Shown here piece after piece: positions 62,359-64,000 of a stretch of 64,000 nt of DNA. A model generated the notes under the pieces. It saw only the letters and a program-made list of their open reading frames with translations, was not told where the DNA came from and did not search any database. This DNA is from a virus. The DNA lies in IMG/VR virus record IMGVR_UViG_3300025162_000043, positions 1 to 64,000 of that record; one strand, written 5' to 3'. How positions within the stretch are numbered: position 1 is the stretch's first letter; each line of letters starts with the position of its first letter. A program made the translations under genes and the position numbers.

Positions 62359-63340
62359 ATTCTCTAAAACTTACATTTTTGAGACACTCACATTGGAGTA
62401 GAAAATCTCCTATAGTCATCACTGCATCAACCTGTGCGGTAATTCCATTCGTGCAAACTCCTGCGTTAAGTACGGAAATTATGTCTCCGTGACACAGTTT
62501 ATAGAAAACTCCTGTATCATAATTGGCATAGGTTATTTCGGCTCCATTTTTTAATTCTTCGATTGCTTGTTCCGCATTCATATTTTAATTATAATGTTTA
62601 CCGCACCAACAATATATTACAAACCATTTGTTTGGTTTGATGATAACCCAATGTTGATTTTTTACCCAATGTATTTCAAATGGACTTCTTTCGATCATTA
62701 GGTGATGGCACCCGAATCTAATATTAAACCACAAATTGCTCATGATATATAAACTTTTAGTTCTTTCTTACTTCTACTTTTCAATAGTTTCTCAATATTT
62801 TCTATTTCTTCATCCACCCATTTTTTAATATATTCAAAGTCTTTCGTATTGTTAAACACCCCATCTGTTTTACCTCGAATCCATCGAATATAAATCTGCA
62901 AAGCGTGTTTTGCTTTCTGACCTGTTACCGCCGGTGAAACTTTCCCATTTGGTTGGACCATACACATATATGTGATATGTGTTGGCGTTTGTTGCAATTC
63001 TATCCTGTTACAATGTAGATTCATGCTCATATTTTTATTAACTTAATCCCCAAAACCTTTTCATTTCAGGATTAGGATGATCTTTATAGGTGGATGCGGC
63101 AGCATCTTTAAGTTCCTTATTTATTTCATCAAGCTGATTGGATGACTCTAAGAAAATCTTATGTGCTTTATCCCTTCCTGACAACTTATTTCCTCTTACC
63201 ATCTCGGATGGAATATACTTGCAAGCGGTTTGAAATTCTTTTTCCAGCTTTTTCTGTTGGTCTTCAATCAAGGACCGCAAATAAGCATAAGTTTCATAGG
63301 ACATTCTGGTATTAGTTCTATCTTGTAAATTGTTTTTCAC
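62351..63340 (-). CDS. Hypothetical genes (62351-62581, 62740-63030, 63038-63340)
   Basis: ORF track. Confidence 0.55.
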
Positions 63341-63885
63341 TTATTTTTTAATAATTCTGGATTTTCAAAGATATTACCGATAACTTTTGAATGGGTTGCA
63401 TATAGGAGTGGAAAAGTCATATGGGTACTATTAGGATTTCCACATACAATGTCCAAATTCACCGATGTTAGATTACATTGAATTACTCCTGTATAGTGTT
63501 TACCGATCATCCCACATTGAGCAAATGCCTCCGTCTCTGTCAAATTTTCCCACGCAAAATCTCCAACAAAATACTTAAATTTGATAATATCGCCCTCAAA
63601 TATTTCTTTTTTGGATTTATCTTTGATACCAATATATTGTTGAATGACAAAATTAAGTGGATTGGGTAATGGATTAAACACTGAATCTGCGGAATTATCT
63701 CCGTTTCCACTTGGATATAAAGCGACTCTAATATTTCCACTAAAATCTAGCAGGAGTTTCCCCACTTCTCCGTATCGGCCATATTTAGTTTTTTCAAAAT
63801 ATTCACCCCAACAATATTTTTCGGAATCAATAAAACATTTGTGGGAAATATCCCAAACTCTAAATTTTAATTCTCTGTTATTCAT
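63337..63885 (-). CDS. YopX-family protein
   Basis: RELKFRVWD, QQYIGIKDKSKKEIFEGDII, VIGNIFENPELL. Confidence 0.88.
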   Translation of the reverse strand: MNNRELKFRVWDISHKCFIDSEKYCWGEYFEKTKYGRYGEVGKLLLDFSGNIRVALYPSGNGDNSADSVFNPLPNPLNFVIQQYIGIKDKSKKEIFEGDIIKFKYFVGDFAWENLTETEAFAQCGMIGKHYTGVIQCNLTSVNLDIVCGNPNSTHMTFPLLYATHSKVIGNIFENPELLKNK

Positions 63886-64000
63886 TTTTTAATAATCCTG
63901 GGGTTTCTGAGATATTGCTTATTACCTCTCCATGAGTAGATACATTACGAATCCAGTTCCAATATTTACCTTTTCTGTGGGTTAATACAAATGCACTATA
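63882..64000 (-). CDS. 3' end of a second YopX-like gene (truncated by the window)
   Basis: Minus strand reads ...GEVISNISETPGLLKNE*. Confidence 0.55.

Noticed and set aside
1-64000. Stop-codon reassignment
   Set aside because: Conserved genes and the 12.7-kb ORF are intact in code 11; all three stops are used; no suppressor tRNA seen.

Overview
AT-rich window from a large (jumbo/huge) tailed-phage genome using standard code 11. Evidence for this: dense short hypothetical genes, a tRNA cluster, a tmRNA, a 4242-aa giant protein, a homing endonuclease, and Dam/Gp88/YopX/DUF932/DUF6745-type genes. A Verrucomicrobiota-like host is a weak inference from the sugar transferase and beta-barrel protein. 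Four layers of non-coding structure stand out. (1) There are nine IS200/IS605-family footprints but only one complete tnpB and no tnpA. Two are 396-nt promoter+omegaRNA cassettes that match the resident TnpB scaffold, sit 3' of a TTCAY motif exactly at ATGA stop/start overlaps, and supply an RBS to the downstream gene. (2) A ~22-kb block (35.0-57.3 kb) is bounded by two GC-skew switches. It carries about 30 copies of the palindrome AAGAAATACTGGCCAGTAATTCTT (and variants) and about 30 strand-polar YTCGGTGA motifs, which suggests a terminal-repeat/first-entry or origin domain. (3) An origin-like neighbourhood contains a Rep-like HTH gene with internal iterons, an AT-rich skew switch and a perfect chromosomal-type parS. 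(4) Leaderless sigma70 transcription units are pervasive. Also noted: a solitary type I-C-like CRISPR repeat and a probable histone-fold gene. All family calls come from motif recognition by eye, and all counts are manual and approximate.
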